A DNA stretch of 64,000 nt from Negaprion brevirostris (taxonomy: Eukaryota): NCBI GenBank assembly GCA_030324005.1, contig JARDVH010000106.1, positions 50,935,474-50,999,473 on the forward strand, in the 5' to 3' direction. Shown here one piece after another: positions 28,531-40,290 of this stretch (within the stretch, counting starts at the first letter, position 1; every line of letters starts with the position of its first letter). The position numbers were made by a program, and so were the translations under genes. Below the pieces are notes generated by a model. The model was given only the letters and a program-made list of their open reading frames with translations, was not told where the DNA came from and searched no databases.

Positions 28531-29169
28531 CTGAAAGTATATAGCACATTCGAACTCAATTCCCACAAGGACTAAAATAAGTATTGAAATTAAGTCATCA
28601 GTGAGAGAAACACTATTCAACCCTCAGGAATTATACCATTACAAATGTCATACATTCCTCTCTGTGGCTCAGCACCTTAATGTGGTGCAGAGGCATGTGC
28701 ACTCTGATAATCACTTAACAATGTTATTGGGATCTCTTGCTATTGGTACGATCTTCCATCATAGCCAGACAATGGCCCGGCACGGCAGGTGAAGAACAGT
28801 TATGTTACATCTCCGGCTGTGAAAATGGAAGAAGGCTCAGCGGCAAGGTAGCCTTGGTCTTTATGATGTAATATGTCACTGAAATTTAGCTACTAAATCT
28901 ATCAAGATCATGTGATCAATGGTGATGCCCCAAGTCCTCATGTAAACAAAGTCACATGCAGACTTCTACCAGGTCAATTTGCCAAGTTCCGCAGAGATGT
29001 AGAATTGTCAATTGGGACAGGATTGTGAACCTGGGAGTCCCTACTCAAGCATCTGCACAGAGGTGGCAGATGCATGAAGGTTGCTGGTTATGAGTGTTGG
29101 GACAGAGTTGCCTTTGAGCAGTTGCCTCTGTGACTGAACAGTCTTCCTCAAGATACTCTTTGCTTATGC

Positions 29170-31330
29170 CAAATGGGGAGATATCCTAAAAACAATCTGT
29201 CCCACTTGCTCCTAGTGGTGAATGGCACTCTGCAGGATCACCATTTTTGTGGTCAAAGAAAGAAGACTCTAAGTTTTGCGATTCAGAATGTTAGAACACG
29301 CATGGATCATCTCAAGAGTAACCATCCAGAAAGAACAACTGCAATTGGATCANNNNNNNNNNNNNNNNNNNNNNNNNNNNNNNNNNNNNNNNNNNNNNNN
29401 NNNNNNNNNNNNNNNNNNNNNNNNNNNNNNNGTTCAGGTGCGGGACAGGATACACATTTTACTGTAAAGGAAAGACTAACAGTGACCCTCATTGGAAGCA
29501 TTGCCAGACACCACAATTATATAAATGAAAGGATCATGACACTTCAGCTCAGCCATAATCAAAACGCCACCTCCATCAGCACTTATGTCCTACCCTGACT
29601 CTTGACTCTGATGAAGACTTTAAGGAACATTTCTACTCTGACCTTGAAAAAGTCCTCACTGCCATCCCTAAATAAGAAAACATCATTCTTCAGGGGGACT
29701 TTAATGTCAGGATTGGCCATCAATCTGTTGTCCGGAGCAGAATGGCTGAGAAAAAGCGGGTGGGAAAAGCCATTGCAAATTGTTTCCTCCTGTTAATAAA
29801 GTGGGGTTCAGTATGGCTTCATTATAACAAACACCTTCTTCCACGAGAAGGTAAAATACAGAACCACATGGAGGCATCCTAGTTCAAAACATTGGCAATT
29901 CTTGGATTATGTCATCGTTCAGGTCACAGGTCTAAGTAATGAATGAATCATTTGATCCATCAATAGATGCCTCCTGGACAGATCACAGACTTGTCCAACT
30001 GGTGATGAACATCTCCCGAGCACTAAGACATTACAAGGCCCAAAAGTCAAAGAGAAAGAAGATAAATGTTTCAGCACTAAAGTAACTCAGCCAAAGAAAG
30101 TAATTCCAAGTGCAGTCCTTGACCAACCTAGAACATCTTCACACATCCAACTCAATTTGAGAATGGTAACAGCACATGATGTCAGCTGTACTAGATTCCT
30201 GTGCCCAGACCTTTGGGGTCGAGCATCTCTAACACCATGAGTGGTTCAATGAAAACAAATCTGAAATACATGACTCCAAGAACAAGGACAAGTGATTATA
30301 TTGCCTGACAGAATAAGGCAAAGTCGCAACTCAAGGCGGCAAAAATGCAACACCTCNNNNNNNNNNNNNNNNNNNNNNNNNNNNNNNNNNNNNNNNNNNN
30401 NNNNNNNNNNNNNNNNNNNNNNNNNNNNNNNNNNNNNNNNNNNNNNNNNNNNNNNNNNTTTTGAAACCATTAGCATAATCTATAGACCAAGGTCAAATAT
30501 CCCTTAGCTCACAGGATAGTGTTTCTTTTCTTCACAGTGACAATTGCCACCAATTGCTGGATAGAATATTTTTGTCTTACAGATTTGTGAGGATAAGACT
30601 CTCCCTGCCATGCCCACCCAAACATCTCCCCCGACTGCAGGAATGCAAAAATTATAACTATCTGCAAAGAGGGTGATAAATGGTGTTGTGGAGACTATTG
30701 GGGCATTTCCCTCTGGTCATAGCAGGGAAAATTCTGACATGCATTCTTCTGAATCACCTATTTCCTGTGGCTGAGGAAATCATACCAGAGACACAGTACA
30801 GCTTCAGACTTTCCAGAGAAACCTCTGATGTTGTCTTTGTCATCAGATAAATCCAAGGATTGCAATCTTCAAACTGACCATCGTGAGGTTCTGTGGATTG
30901 TGCTCCAAAGATTTGGATGCCCAAGGAACCTCATTACAATCCTCAAATGATGATATGACTACAACTATCTTGAATGAAAGATCTGAAAGAGATGCCTTCA
31001 AAAATCTGGACCAGGATCAAGCAAGGCAGTGTGATTGCCCCCATCACAATCTACCTGATACTGTCTACTCACTTCATCAAAGATAAACTGCCCTCTGCTG
31101 TCAGCATTGAGCACCAACTAAATGGGAAAGCTCTAACCTCAGTCACCTCCATGCCAAAACCAAACCGACCACCATAGACGTATGTGTGGATGACTGCAGT
31201 GTCATTTGCCCTTTGCAAAAGATTTGCAAGCCACACTTGATCACTTCAATTCTGCATAGAATAAAATCAGCTTGTCCTTGAATATTGCCAAAACCTAAAT
31301 TCATACATCAACATCCAGTCACACCAAAAA
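29170..31330 (+). mobile_element. Decayed RTE-clade LINE (endonuclease + RT)
   Basis: TTWRHPSSKHWQFLDYVIVQ (~29860-29920); YWGISL then AGKILTCILLNHLFPVAEEIIPETQYSFRLSR (~30695-30820); IKQGSVIAP (~31020). Heavily disrupted, two N-gaps. Confidence 0.85.
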
Positions 31331-32932
31331 TCAATGGGCTTTTGGTTGGGCCGCCAAATCTTCCACAATGAGTCCTGCCAAGACAGGGCAGAAAATCCCA
31401 GTCCCTGTCAGCCAAATATTCAACCTTCCACAAACGTTGAAAGAGAGGTTCTGCAATATGCTGAGCTGAGCACTTCGATGACTGAATGGTAACCATAAGG
31501 CTAGCTTTCAATTTCAGATTTTATTAATTGAAGATAAATGTCACCAGCTGTCATAATGGGATATGAACACAGGCTCCCCACAGCATTCGCCTTGATCTCT
31601 GGATTGCTAGTCCAGTCATGTTAATACTGCATCATCTTGTCCCTCGTACTTCAGCAAATAACTATGCCAGTGCATTATTGGTGTAAACTCAAGTTTCTTG
31701 CATGCTTTGGAGTTATGTAAACAAAAGGCAGAGATTTATAACTTGAAGAGATATAAACAATTAAGGATATTTGTGTGAATCAATATTTTCATGCAAGTCC
31801 AGTGTAAATCAGCAACACAAAATCTCTTTGCAATAAACCATGTTGGTCTTGTATCACCCTTACCCTGAAAAGTTCTAGGGCATTCTTGCCAACATCTTTA
31901 GATAGGTCAAGAAGAAAAGGTAGGAGGAGCTTAATATTCAGGAAAACTCCAGCCAAAGTAAGATAAGGTCCAGCTGTCAGAATTCAGAACACTACTTTTC
32001 ATCAAGTTTCAACAAAGACTCCCCATTGAGATTATGAAAGCTACTGACAATTCTAGTCCATAATTCTTTCAGCCAATTCACTGCTCAATTAGGCAGTTAA
32101 CACTCATGTTTCTACCTCATAATCACATAAAACTTCTGTGTATTTAAATTGTGTGTTAAGACCCAAACTGACACCAAAGCATGTTGATTGAGAATATCTT
32201 CTCAAGGCAGAATCGCTTTGTGTCGTTGTTGGGACAAGCCTTCACGATCTGGATTCAGGCTATTTGATAACTGTAGACTTGGTGCAAGACTGCTTTACAC
32301 TCCCTCCATAGTTGTTGTGTGAATATATCCTTGGGCAATGTTTCTTTAAAGGATTCAGCTGCATTGATTGTTATAGTTTCAATTTCATACATAATCCTGC
32401 GGCCAGGAGAAAAAATTATTTTGAGTTATCCCAGCTTTATCCAAATTGTCTACCATTGTGGCTTAATTAAATACATGAAACAAAAAAAAATTGCTTTTCC
32501 ATGATTGTAAGATGATTCTGAAAATTAAACCATGCATGTCAACAAAGATACATTGTTCATTTTGGGCTAAAGTGCTAATGTAATGTGTTGCACACTTCCC
32601 AGCATCACTCCAGAACGTGTGAAGGTTAAATTTCGAATCTTGTAAATGAAACCCAAACGTGTTTTTCATCATCTAGCACAGCATCCCTACAAGTTGCCAT
32701 TTGTTATCCTGCAGTGATTAATTTTACGCTGAATGAAGTTGGCAAGCTAAGCACATTTTGTTATTTGCAGTGATCAATTCATAATCTAACTAAGAAGGCT
32801 ATATATTCCTCAAGGGATGGAAGAGGTGCCATTTGTCTGGCAACACCAATCAGTCCTTGCAAGCAGATATGGAGTTGAAATATTCTTTTACGACAGAAGT
32901 TTAAAGCAGTGAAAATATCAATTTTTCCTTAC

Positions 32933-33089
32933 ACGATGAACATCATTCTGCTGTTGTACAGCAGGAACATCGCCACCAATAGGTCTTTGCCTTGTCAGTT
33001 CATCGTTCTTCAAATTCAACCATGCCAGTAAGTCCTGGAGAGAAATGTGTAGTCGCTTCCACTGCTCGGCACTCGTCTCCAGACAGGCT
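32933..33089 (-). CDS. DMD: Dystrophin exon equivalent to human exon 57
   Basis: ttttag|AGCCTGT...CATCGT|gtaagg, 157 bp. (R)[52 protein letters not shown]; the split codon AG+A joins exon 56 in frame. Confidence 0.96.
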
Positions 33090-34559
33090 CTAAAACGGTA
33101 AAAATAAACCTCAGCATTGTGTTCACTCAATAAGCAACACAAAAACAAAAAAAACCAGGCTATGCAAATGGCTGTACCTACTACCTGCAGCCTAACAGCT
33201 CTATTTGAGTGTTGCTATTCCATAACATGTAGAATGTTTCTACTGTGTTTCCAGAACCATACATTAAAACAAAACAGTACCATAAAAACCTCTTCCAGCA
33301 TATTATTTAAACGCATTTCTTGCTTTGCATGACCAGTTGAAATTCTCTCTGCAAAACATGTGACAAGAAATGGAGCACTCCTAGAGAAATATACCAAATC
33401 ACTGAATATTGTTAATAACCTTCTTGACATAAATGAATATTCCAAACCCAAAGTTCTTTATTTTTTTCAAATAAAACAGACAGCATAAGATTCCACGTTG
33501 GTGTAACACATGCAATGTGCTTCACGAAGTCAGTGTCAGCTACAATTTTACAGAATGCTTTACCTTCTATCCCCTCTCCATGACTGCTGTAAAAATACTG
33601 GCTGGTGCAGTGCTACACTACAGAGATCCAAAAAGTCCAAGCTTTGGTTCTCAGTCATTTAAGCTAAAGCATTCAGCTTCAAGTTCTTTCGACAGAGATG
33701 GGACTAAAGTCAGTGGAATCTTTCTTTCTTGATTGCTATCCAATGACCCTTGCTGGGAAACATGCAAGTCTGAGCCTTAGAAGGAAACATGATTGGCTGC
33801 AAAGTGATTGGGTGCCGTTTAGAAAGGGTGCCCCGATCTCTCCTCTGCCAGTGGAAACCAGTAGTGATTCTCACTGGGTCCACTCCACCACTGGAGGTCA
33901 GAAGATCCCGGGATCTGGGAGAATCCCACATTGAATGGGCTAAGTATATTTGAAAGTTACTTTAAATATGCTAATCGGCCTCATGCCCTTCCTGGGTGGG
34001 ATCCGGTTTGCACCAGTAGCCAGGGACCAGGATGATTACAAACTGTTTGGCACTGGGTGCAAAACCCATTTTTAGGCCCACATACAATATTACAGGATTG
34101 TCATGATCTGCTGTAGGCATGGTGAGGTCAGAAAATCACCCCCACTAACAATGTGCATCAGCAGAGTACAAAAATCTAAAAACAATTGTTTTAAGTCACA
34201 AAATGCATTTTATCCAAGCAGTCTGTTCCTTAGCACTACACTGAACACTAATCTGAGAAACCAATTCTGATGACTTCTATTCAGAGGTAGATAGTCTCAG
34301 ACCTTGTGAAACATTGGACAGAATTTCCCCAAAAACTGGCAAAGTGTCAGGTTCCGCCTAAAAACCGATGCGTTTCTTCCAGAAAAACAGGCAAGTTTTC
34401 TCTCCACATTTTCTAACCTTTGTCAAAATAAAAGCAGGGGGATAGGTTTTGAGCCATCATTCCTGAGGGGTGTGGCCTTAAGACCAGCAAAGCTGGTTCC
34501 ACAGAAATCAATCTCAGGTTGAAAATAAAGTATCCCCCTGCCTCATCACTGCCGGCATC

Positions 34560-35460
34560 AGAGCCCTCTCCCCTCTCCGATCGTAGGCAGGCAACCCCCT
34601 GCCCCCAATGCAGAAACTCCCACTCCACCCAATGCAGACATCCCTCCTCTCCATCCCACAATGCAGGCAACAATCCCTTCCCCCGTTAAGTGTAGCCACC
34701 CCATTCTCCCCCACTATCCCCAAATGCAAGCAACCTCTTCTCCACCAGCCTCTATGCAGGGATTACCACTTCCCACCCCCAATCCAGGCAACCCTCTTCC
34801 CAAACTGCAGGCTCCCCTTCCATAGTTCAGCTCAGCCACCCCCAATGTAGGCATTCCCTCCCTTTGCAATGCCCCCCTGCCCCCAAAATCAGGCATCTCC
34901 TCCCTCCACACACCTGCTTCCCTCCAATGCAGGCATTTCACCCTACCCATCGATGCAGCTGGAGGCCCCCCCTTCACTCCCCATGCAGCCACACCGTCCT
35001 CCCCTCAATCCAGGCCTCCTCTCCCCNNNNNNNNNNNNNNNNNNNNNNNNNNNNNNNNNNNNNNNNNNNNNNNNNNNNNNNNNNNNNNNNNNNNNNNNNN
35101 NNNNNNNNNNNNNNNNNNNNNNNNNNTCCTCCCCTCAATCCAGGCATCCTCTCCCCTTGACCAATGAAGGCGTTCCCACCTTCTCCATGACCACTGTAGA
35201 TATTTCTCCCTCCTCCCTTCCCCACACCCCCAACAGAGGCATTGCCCCTCTCCCATGCAATCATTTCCCCCGCTGTACCCCAATACAGGCATCCCTCCTC
35301 TTCCTCAAAGCAGACACACTACCCAACTCCCAATGCAGGCATCCCCCCTCCCTCAAAAGGAGGTATCCACCCTCCACCACCACTTTGCCCCATCCTACAT
35401 TATGTGAAGCCAAGCCCCCCAAATGGATTCTGTAGAGAGAACCCCTCCCACCCCCGGCAG
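34560..35460 (+). repeat. C-rich degenerate tandem array of caatgcaggcatccc-like units inside a foldback-type element (~34315-35560)
   Basis: More than 15 variants of ccccaatgcaggcatccc at roughly 20-40 bp spacing; central N-gap flanked by near-identical units. Confidence 0.75.
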
Positions 35461-35689
35461 TGTCAATCTGGCGTATATCTGTTTTCTTCTGCTTACTATT
35501 CAAGTATGTACCAAATACTACCGACTGACCACCCAGGAATAGTGACCTTCCAGCACAATGTAGTGTAAGGTGTTTCTAGATAATTAAGATAGGCTAATGG
35601 ACTTCATATTGATTGAATCCTTGAGGGAAAATTAACATTTCCACTGCATTTCCTATTAGACTGGTATGAAACACAACACTTAAATTTAA

Positions 35690-36430
35690 TTATTTTCCTA
35701 AAACCTCTCAGTGACATAAGCACCTCTCAATACCAACCTCCCACCTCCCAAGTCCTTGAAATATCATAGTCCACATCTGCAACTATATACCTCACCAACT
35801 TACTACCTGAATTTCTCCAATCAGATTTCTACCTCTCCCAAAGTAATAAAATGACCCAAACCAAAGTCTCAAATGACTTTTTCTGAGACTGACTGTCATT
35901 GCATTATCTATATGCTTCTTCTGCAACTCCTATAAAGCCTTCAACAGTGTTAATTGCACTTTCACTCACCAACTCTTCGCCTGTGTAGCTCAGTTCCATG
36001 AGATTGCTTTCACTCAGTTCCAATCTTACATGCTTGATTGCAGCCAATTTTATCTCCAGTAATGGCTTTTATTGCTCACATCGCACTATCATCTTAGAAC
36101 TCCCCCAGGGCCTTATCCTTAGTCCCCTCTTCTTTCTGATTTGCAATCTATCCCTTATCCACATATGGGATAACTTTCATATCTGCTCTGATGTCACACA
36201 TAGTCTTCCTTAACTCCTACAGGATTCCCTAACTCCTCCAACACACACAACTGCTTCTCTGCTCTCAGACCAGATGTTTAACATTTAGTCTTGGATGAGT
36301 ATACTTTCCTCCAAACATTGGAAAACCCAAAGCAATTGCCTTCATTCCCTGCCATAAACCTGGCCAACTTTATCCCCTCTACCAGCACTGTCTGAGCCTA
36401 ATCCAGACTGTTTACAAACTCATCAATGTC
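35690..36430 (+). mobile_element. Highly decayed L2-like RT fragment
   Basis: ELPQGLILSPLFFLI (from GVPQGSILGPLLF), NFHICSDVT (from FH.YADDT), AFNSVN (from AFDTVD). Confidence 0.65.
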
Positions 36431-38319
36431 CATTTTTCAAGTGAAGCAACTTGGGAGCCATATGGTGGCCCTGAACAAAACTTGATTTGGTAGACAAGAA
36501 TTATTACAGCACTGGACGAGATGTGAGCTTATTTAAAGTTGCAAAAGATCCCACAAAATTACAAGAGATCTCCTACTGATGACATTGGTTGAGTCAAGAC
36601 CTTAAGAAGCCAAAACTCTGGGAAGATAAAGCGAAGGGAGGGGAAGCCACTATCAGGTCTTCTCTCTCCATCACAGGTCCTAGGAGCATGCCTGCCTTTA
36701 CCTCAGGGATTACAACCAATTTCTGCAGGTAGCATANNNNNNNNNNNNNNNNNNNNNNNNNNNNNNNNNNNNNNNNNNNNNNNNNNNNNNNNNNNNNNNN
36801 NNNNNNNNNNNNNNNNNNNNNNNNNNNNNNNNNNNNNNNNNNNNNNNNNNNNNNNNNNNNNNNNNNNNNNNNNNNNNNNNNNNNNNNNNNNNNNNNNNNN
36901 NNNNTCTTGGATTGTGCTGTTCACTTGATGTAAGCCAGAGTAACAGTTTGCAACAATCATCCAAAAACTGCAGGAAAATGACAAGTCACTCTTACTGCTG
37001 ACTATTAGTCAATGACTCTCAGTCACTAGGGGCACCTGTCGTGAAATCAGGTGGGTCAAGAGCAACAGAACTTGTGTAAGATGGCCCATTTGGTGAAATA
37101 GCAACAGGCAACAGGTGCCAGTAAAGCAGGCACATTGAGAAAAAGAGGACAACATGTTTTGAAAAGACAAAACATCTGCGGAAGAAACCATTTATGTGAC
37201 AATACACTTGTATATGGTGCCCCATGAGTTTTCCCATCAACCAGGTTGGTAGCTCTGCAATGGAGTTATGAGAGCAGGCTGTTCTCCAAACTGAATCAAT
37301 TGAAAAAGAAATCAAAGTGCACATCAATACCCCTATAAATTGGATATCAGTGTTTTCTCTGTGAACCAAAGCTGTTAAGCTATGTAACTTTCTCCTTGAT
37401 TCAGTCATTAAAGCAGATCATTTAATAAGCAAGCTTGTGTGAAAGGCCAAAAAGGAGCTGACATATTTATTAATAGCCCTTGAATAATCCTCTATTCCTG
37501 ACTCCAAATGACAGAAAAAATGTCATTATTGCTATCTGATGTTGCCAGTTTTTGAACAAGATAAATCTTCCTGTCAATACATTTGCTTTCTGAATAGGGT
37601 TTTTATCATCCATAAAGGCTTATTCAGTTTGACATCAGCTGAAAACAGTTGCTTGGTTCACACATGAACTCCTACCGCAAGAGGCATTAGTTATTGCCCG
37701 AGAATGATTGTTGGGTCTCAGTAATTAGCAGCAATGCTGATCTTGCTGAATCAAAATCCAGATTGCATTTTTAAGGTTGTGCATGTACTGTTTATGTTGC
37801 AATTCTGCAAACATTGCTTTGCAGAAAGAATTCTCTTAAATGATTATAAAGCAAAGTAGATTGAAAGCTGGGATGAACTGCTGGCTTTCATTAAACCAGC
37901 AGGTATGACATGGAAATTAAGTGGCTAAATTTAAGGCGCAGCAAGACTCAGCTCAAACAGGCTGTCTCACACAACATCAGCTTTGCATGGGCTGCCGCAA
38001 TAACTGTTCTGTTGGCTTTTCAGCACTAAATTCTAACCAGCACAAAGGACACGGGATGGACACACATGCACACTTGCATGGACAGATTATGCAAGACTAG
38101 GCGCAGCAGTGTGAATTAATACCTCCAGCTAACTGGTAGCTTTAGCATAGAAGTATCATTTGTGAAAGCATATCTGCAGCATTTGTCAGAATAGCAAGAG
38201 CAAGCAGCAGTAACTTGGATGCTTGATGATACCAAACATGTTGTTCATATACTCCATCAGTCCTTAAACTTTTTTCACGTGGTGTCCAGTTGACTCCATT
38301 AGCTGACGCAATCAGCAAA

Positions 38320-38640
38320 CCATGCAATTCAGGAAGGTCTCTGCTATAGAAGTCTGTGCTGAGTCTGCTAACCTCTTATGAGACAAAAGCCAGGCATATG
38401 TGGCCTCAGAAAGCCTGAGCTGGGATAATGAAAATCAGCCAAGAGTCCTGATCTTACTGTTCTTCCACAAATACAGTTGGAAGTGAGGCCACATGGCAAT
38501 CAGGTGAGAATTAGGGTGGTTTAGCTGTAAGGCTCCGTGAGGTTGGATAACTGGCTGATGATCAGTGTCTGGGTTCACACATGAATAATGGTATTAATTG
38601 AGTAAAGGAAGGTGAATGGCATCTGTGTATTGCTGCCAAG
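38320..38640 (+). mobile_element. Old tRNA-SINE (AmnSINE2-like); relatives at ~8170-8560, ~25720-25950, ~42200-42270
   Basis: Shared blocks among copies: aggaag(g)tc, tgtgctgagt(t)agc, aaaatcagccaa, ctgatc, gaatag, cacatgaa.aatgg. Confidence 0.55.
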
Positions 38641-39044
38641 AAACTGATGAAAAAAAGAGAACAAAAATCTGCACCCCTCATACCCAAAATATAGCACTCC
38701 TCTTGCATGAATACTTTTGCTAGAGGATATATACCTCTTGTAACTAAGATTGGTTCTGTTGCATCATATGCCTGTAAAACATATTAGTAAGATGGATAAT
38801 TTAATTCTTAAAAAAAAGCATTGGGTATGGGCAGTTTACCCTGACAAAATGAACTTCGGGGGGTCACACGAGTTATTTTGTGGCTTCTGTACAAGCACAG
38901 AGTCAGATGCGGCTGTGATAACTCTGGGAAAATATGTAAAATGTAAATTGCCTTCCCAAGTGTTGACTATTTCTCTCCGTTTCAATTGATAAGACTGAAA
39001 ATAACAATGAATCTTGAAATGTACAAAACTTGTAAAGAGCTTTT

Positions 39045-39420
39045 GATTTGATTTGATTTATTGTCACATATATTAGTATGCAGTGAAAAGTACTGTTTCT
39101 TGCGTGCTATACAGACAAAGCATACCGTTCATAGAGAAGGAAACGAGAGACTGCAGAATGTAGTGCAACAGTTGTAACTAGGAGGTAGAGAAAGATCAAT
39201 TAATGCAAGGTAGGTCCATTCAAAAGTCTGATGGCAGCAGGGAAGNNNNNNNNNNGCTGTTCTTGAGTCAATTGGTACGTGACTTGAGACTTTTGTATCT
39301 TTTTCCTGACAGAAAAAGGTGGAAGAGAGAATGTCTGAAGTGGGTGGGCTCCTCAATTATGCTGGGTGCTATGCCGAGGCAGTGGGAAATGTAGACAGAT
39401 TCAATGGATGGGAGCCTTCA
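39045..39420 (-). mobile_element. Rex1/Babar-like LINE 3' end
   Basis: Minus strand RTN*LKNS..FPAAIRLLN coding end, then a 3' UTR ending tgtgacaataaatcaaatcaaatcaaa. Confidence 0.7.
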
Positions 39421-39726
39421 TGGTAGATGCAGGAAGTTGGGGGTCTGGAGCTAGGTGGCACAGTCTCAGAATAAGAAATAGGTCATTTAGGACAGAGGTG
39501 CGGAAACACAGTCAAATTATGTTAAATCTTTGAAATTCTTCGTTTGTAGAGACTCAGTTATTGCGTATGTTCAAAGCAAAGGTTAATAGGTTTCTAGATA
39601 CTAATGATATTAAGGGATATGGGAATCATGCAGGGAGATGGCATTAAGGTAGAAGATCACCCATGATCTAGATAAATGTTGGTGTAAACTCGAGGAGCTG
39701 AATGGGCTACTCCTTCTCCTATGTTA
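39420..39726 (+). mobile_element. CR1/HER1 3' end
   Basis: Same 3' coding end and tail (ccatgatcta...ctcgaggagctgaatgggctactccttctcctat). Confidence 0.75.
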
Positions 39727-40021
39727 CATTGTACTGGCCACATGAAGGTGGAATTAGAAATAAAGATATTTTGGTAGCAATCAATGCTGGAATGTTGATG
39801 GGATAGCGAGCATCCTCAATTGTGCAATGAACTGCTTAGCCATCAACTCATTATGAGCACTATGGGAAACATTGATACTGTTGTCACATGACAAAAACAC
39901 GCTTGATGTATCAGAAATCATCTTATTCTAATAACAGTCCAGAAACTCAGTTCAGGGTATGCAAACCAGAGGGAAGCCATTTTTTCCAGCAAGAGAGAAA
40001 GAGCCCTGACTGAAAAGTCCA

Positions 40022-40290
40022 CAGTAAGAAGTCTCACAACACAAGGTTAAAGTCAAACAGATTTAGTTGGAAGCAAAAGCCACTAGCTTTCAGAGCGCTG
40101 CTCCTTCGTCAGGTAAGTTCACAAACAGGACATGTTAAGAGACAGCATTAATGCTCTCTCCACTCACATTGTCTGCACCTTTATGACTTGATTACCTGTA
40201 AAAACTCTCATTCCAACCATTACTTTGTAAACTGAGTTTGTGTCTTCATATGCCCTGTTTACCCCAGTCCAACGCCAGCATCTCCACATC
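40022..40290 (-). mobile_element. Penelope-like element terminus with a hammerhead motif
   Basis: taagaagtctcacaacac..ggttaaagtc..acag and ccccagtccaacgccagcatctccac are shared with 47806-48250; contains CTGACGA...GAAA on the minus strand. Confidence 0.7.
40080..40117 (-). ncRNA. Candidate minimal type I hammerhead ribozyme
   Basis: ttac-CTGACGA-a-ggagc-agc-gctct-GAAA-gcta-gtg: both core boxes intact, stem II hairpin, palindromic AGCT in place of stem III. Confidence 0.55.

Noticed and set aside
34560-35460. Repeat-spacer-like pattern resembling a CRISPR array
   Set aside because: Vertebrate DNA, degenerate units, low-complexity variable spacers, no cas genes.
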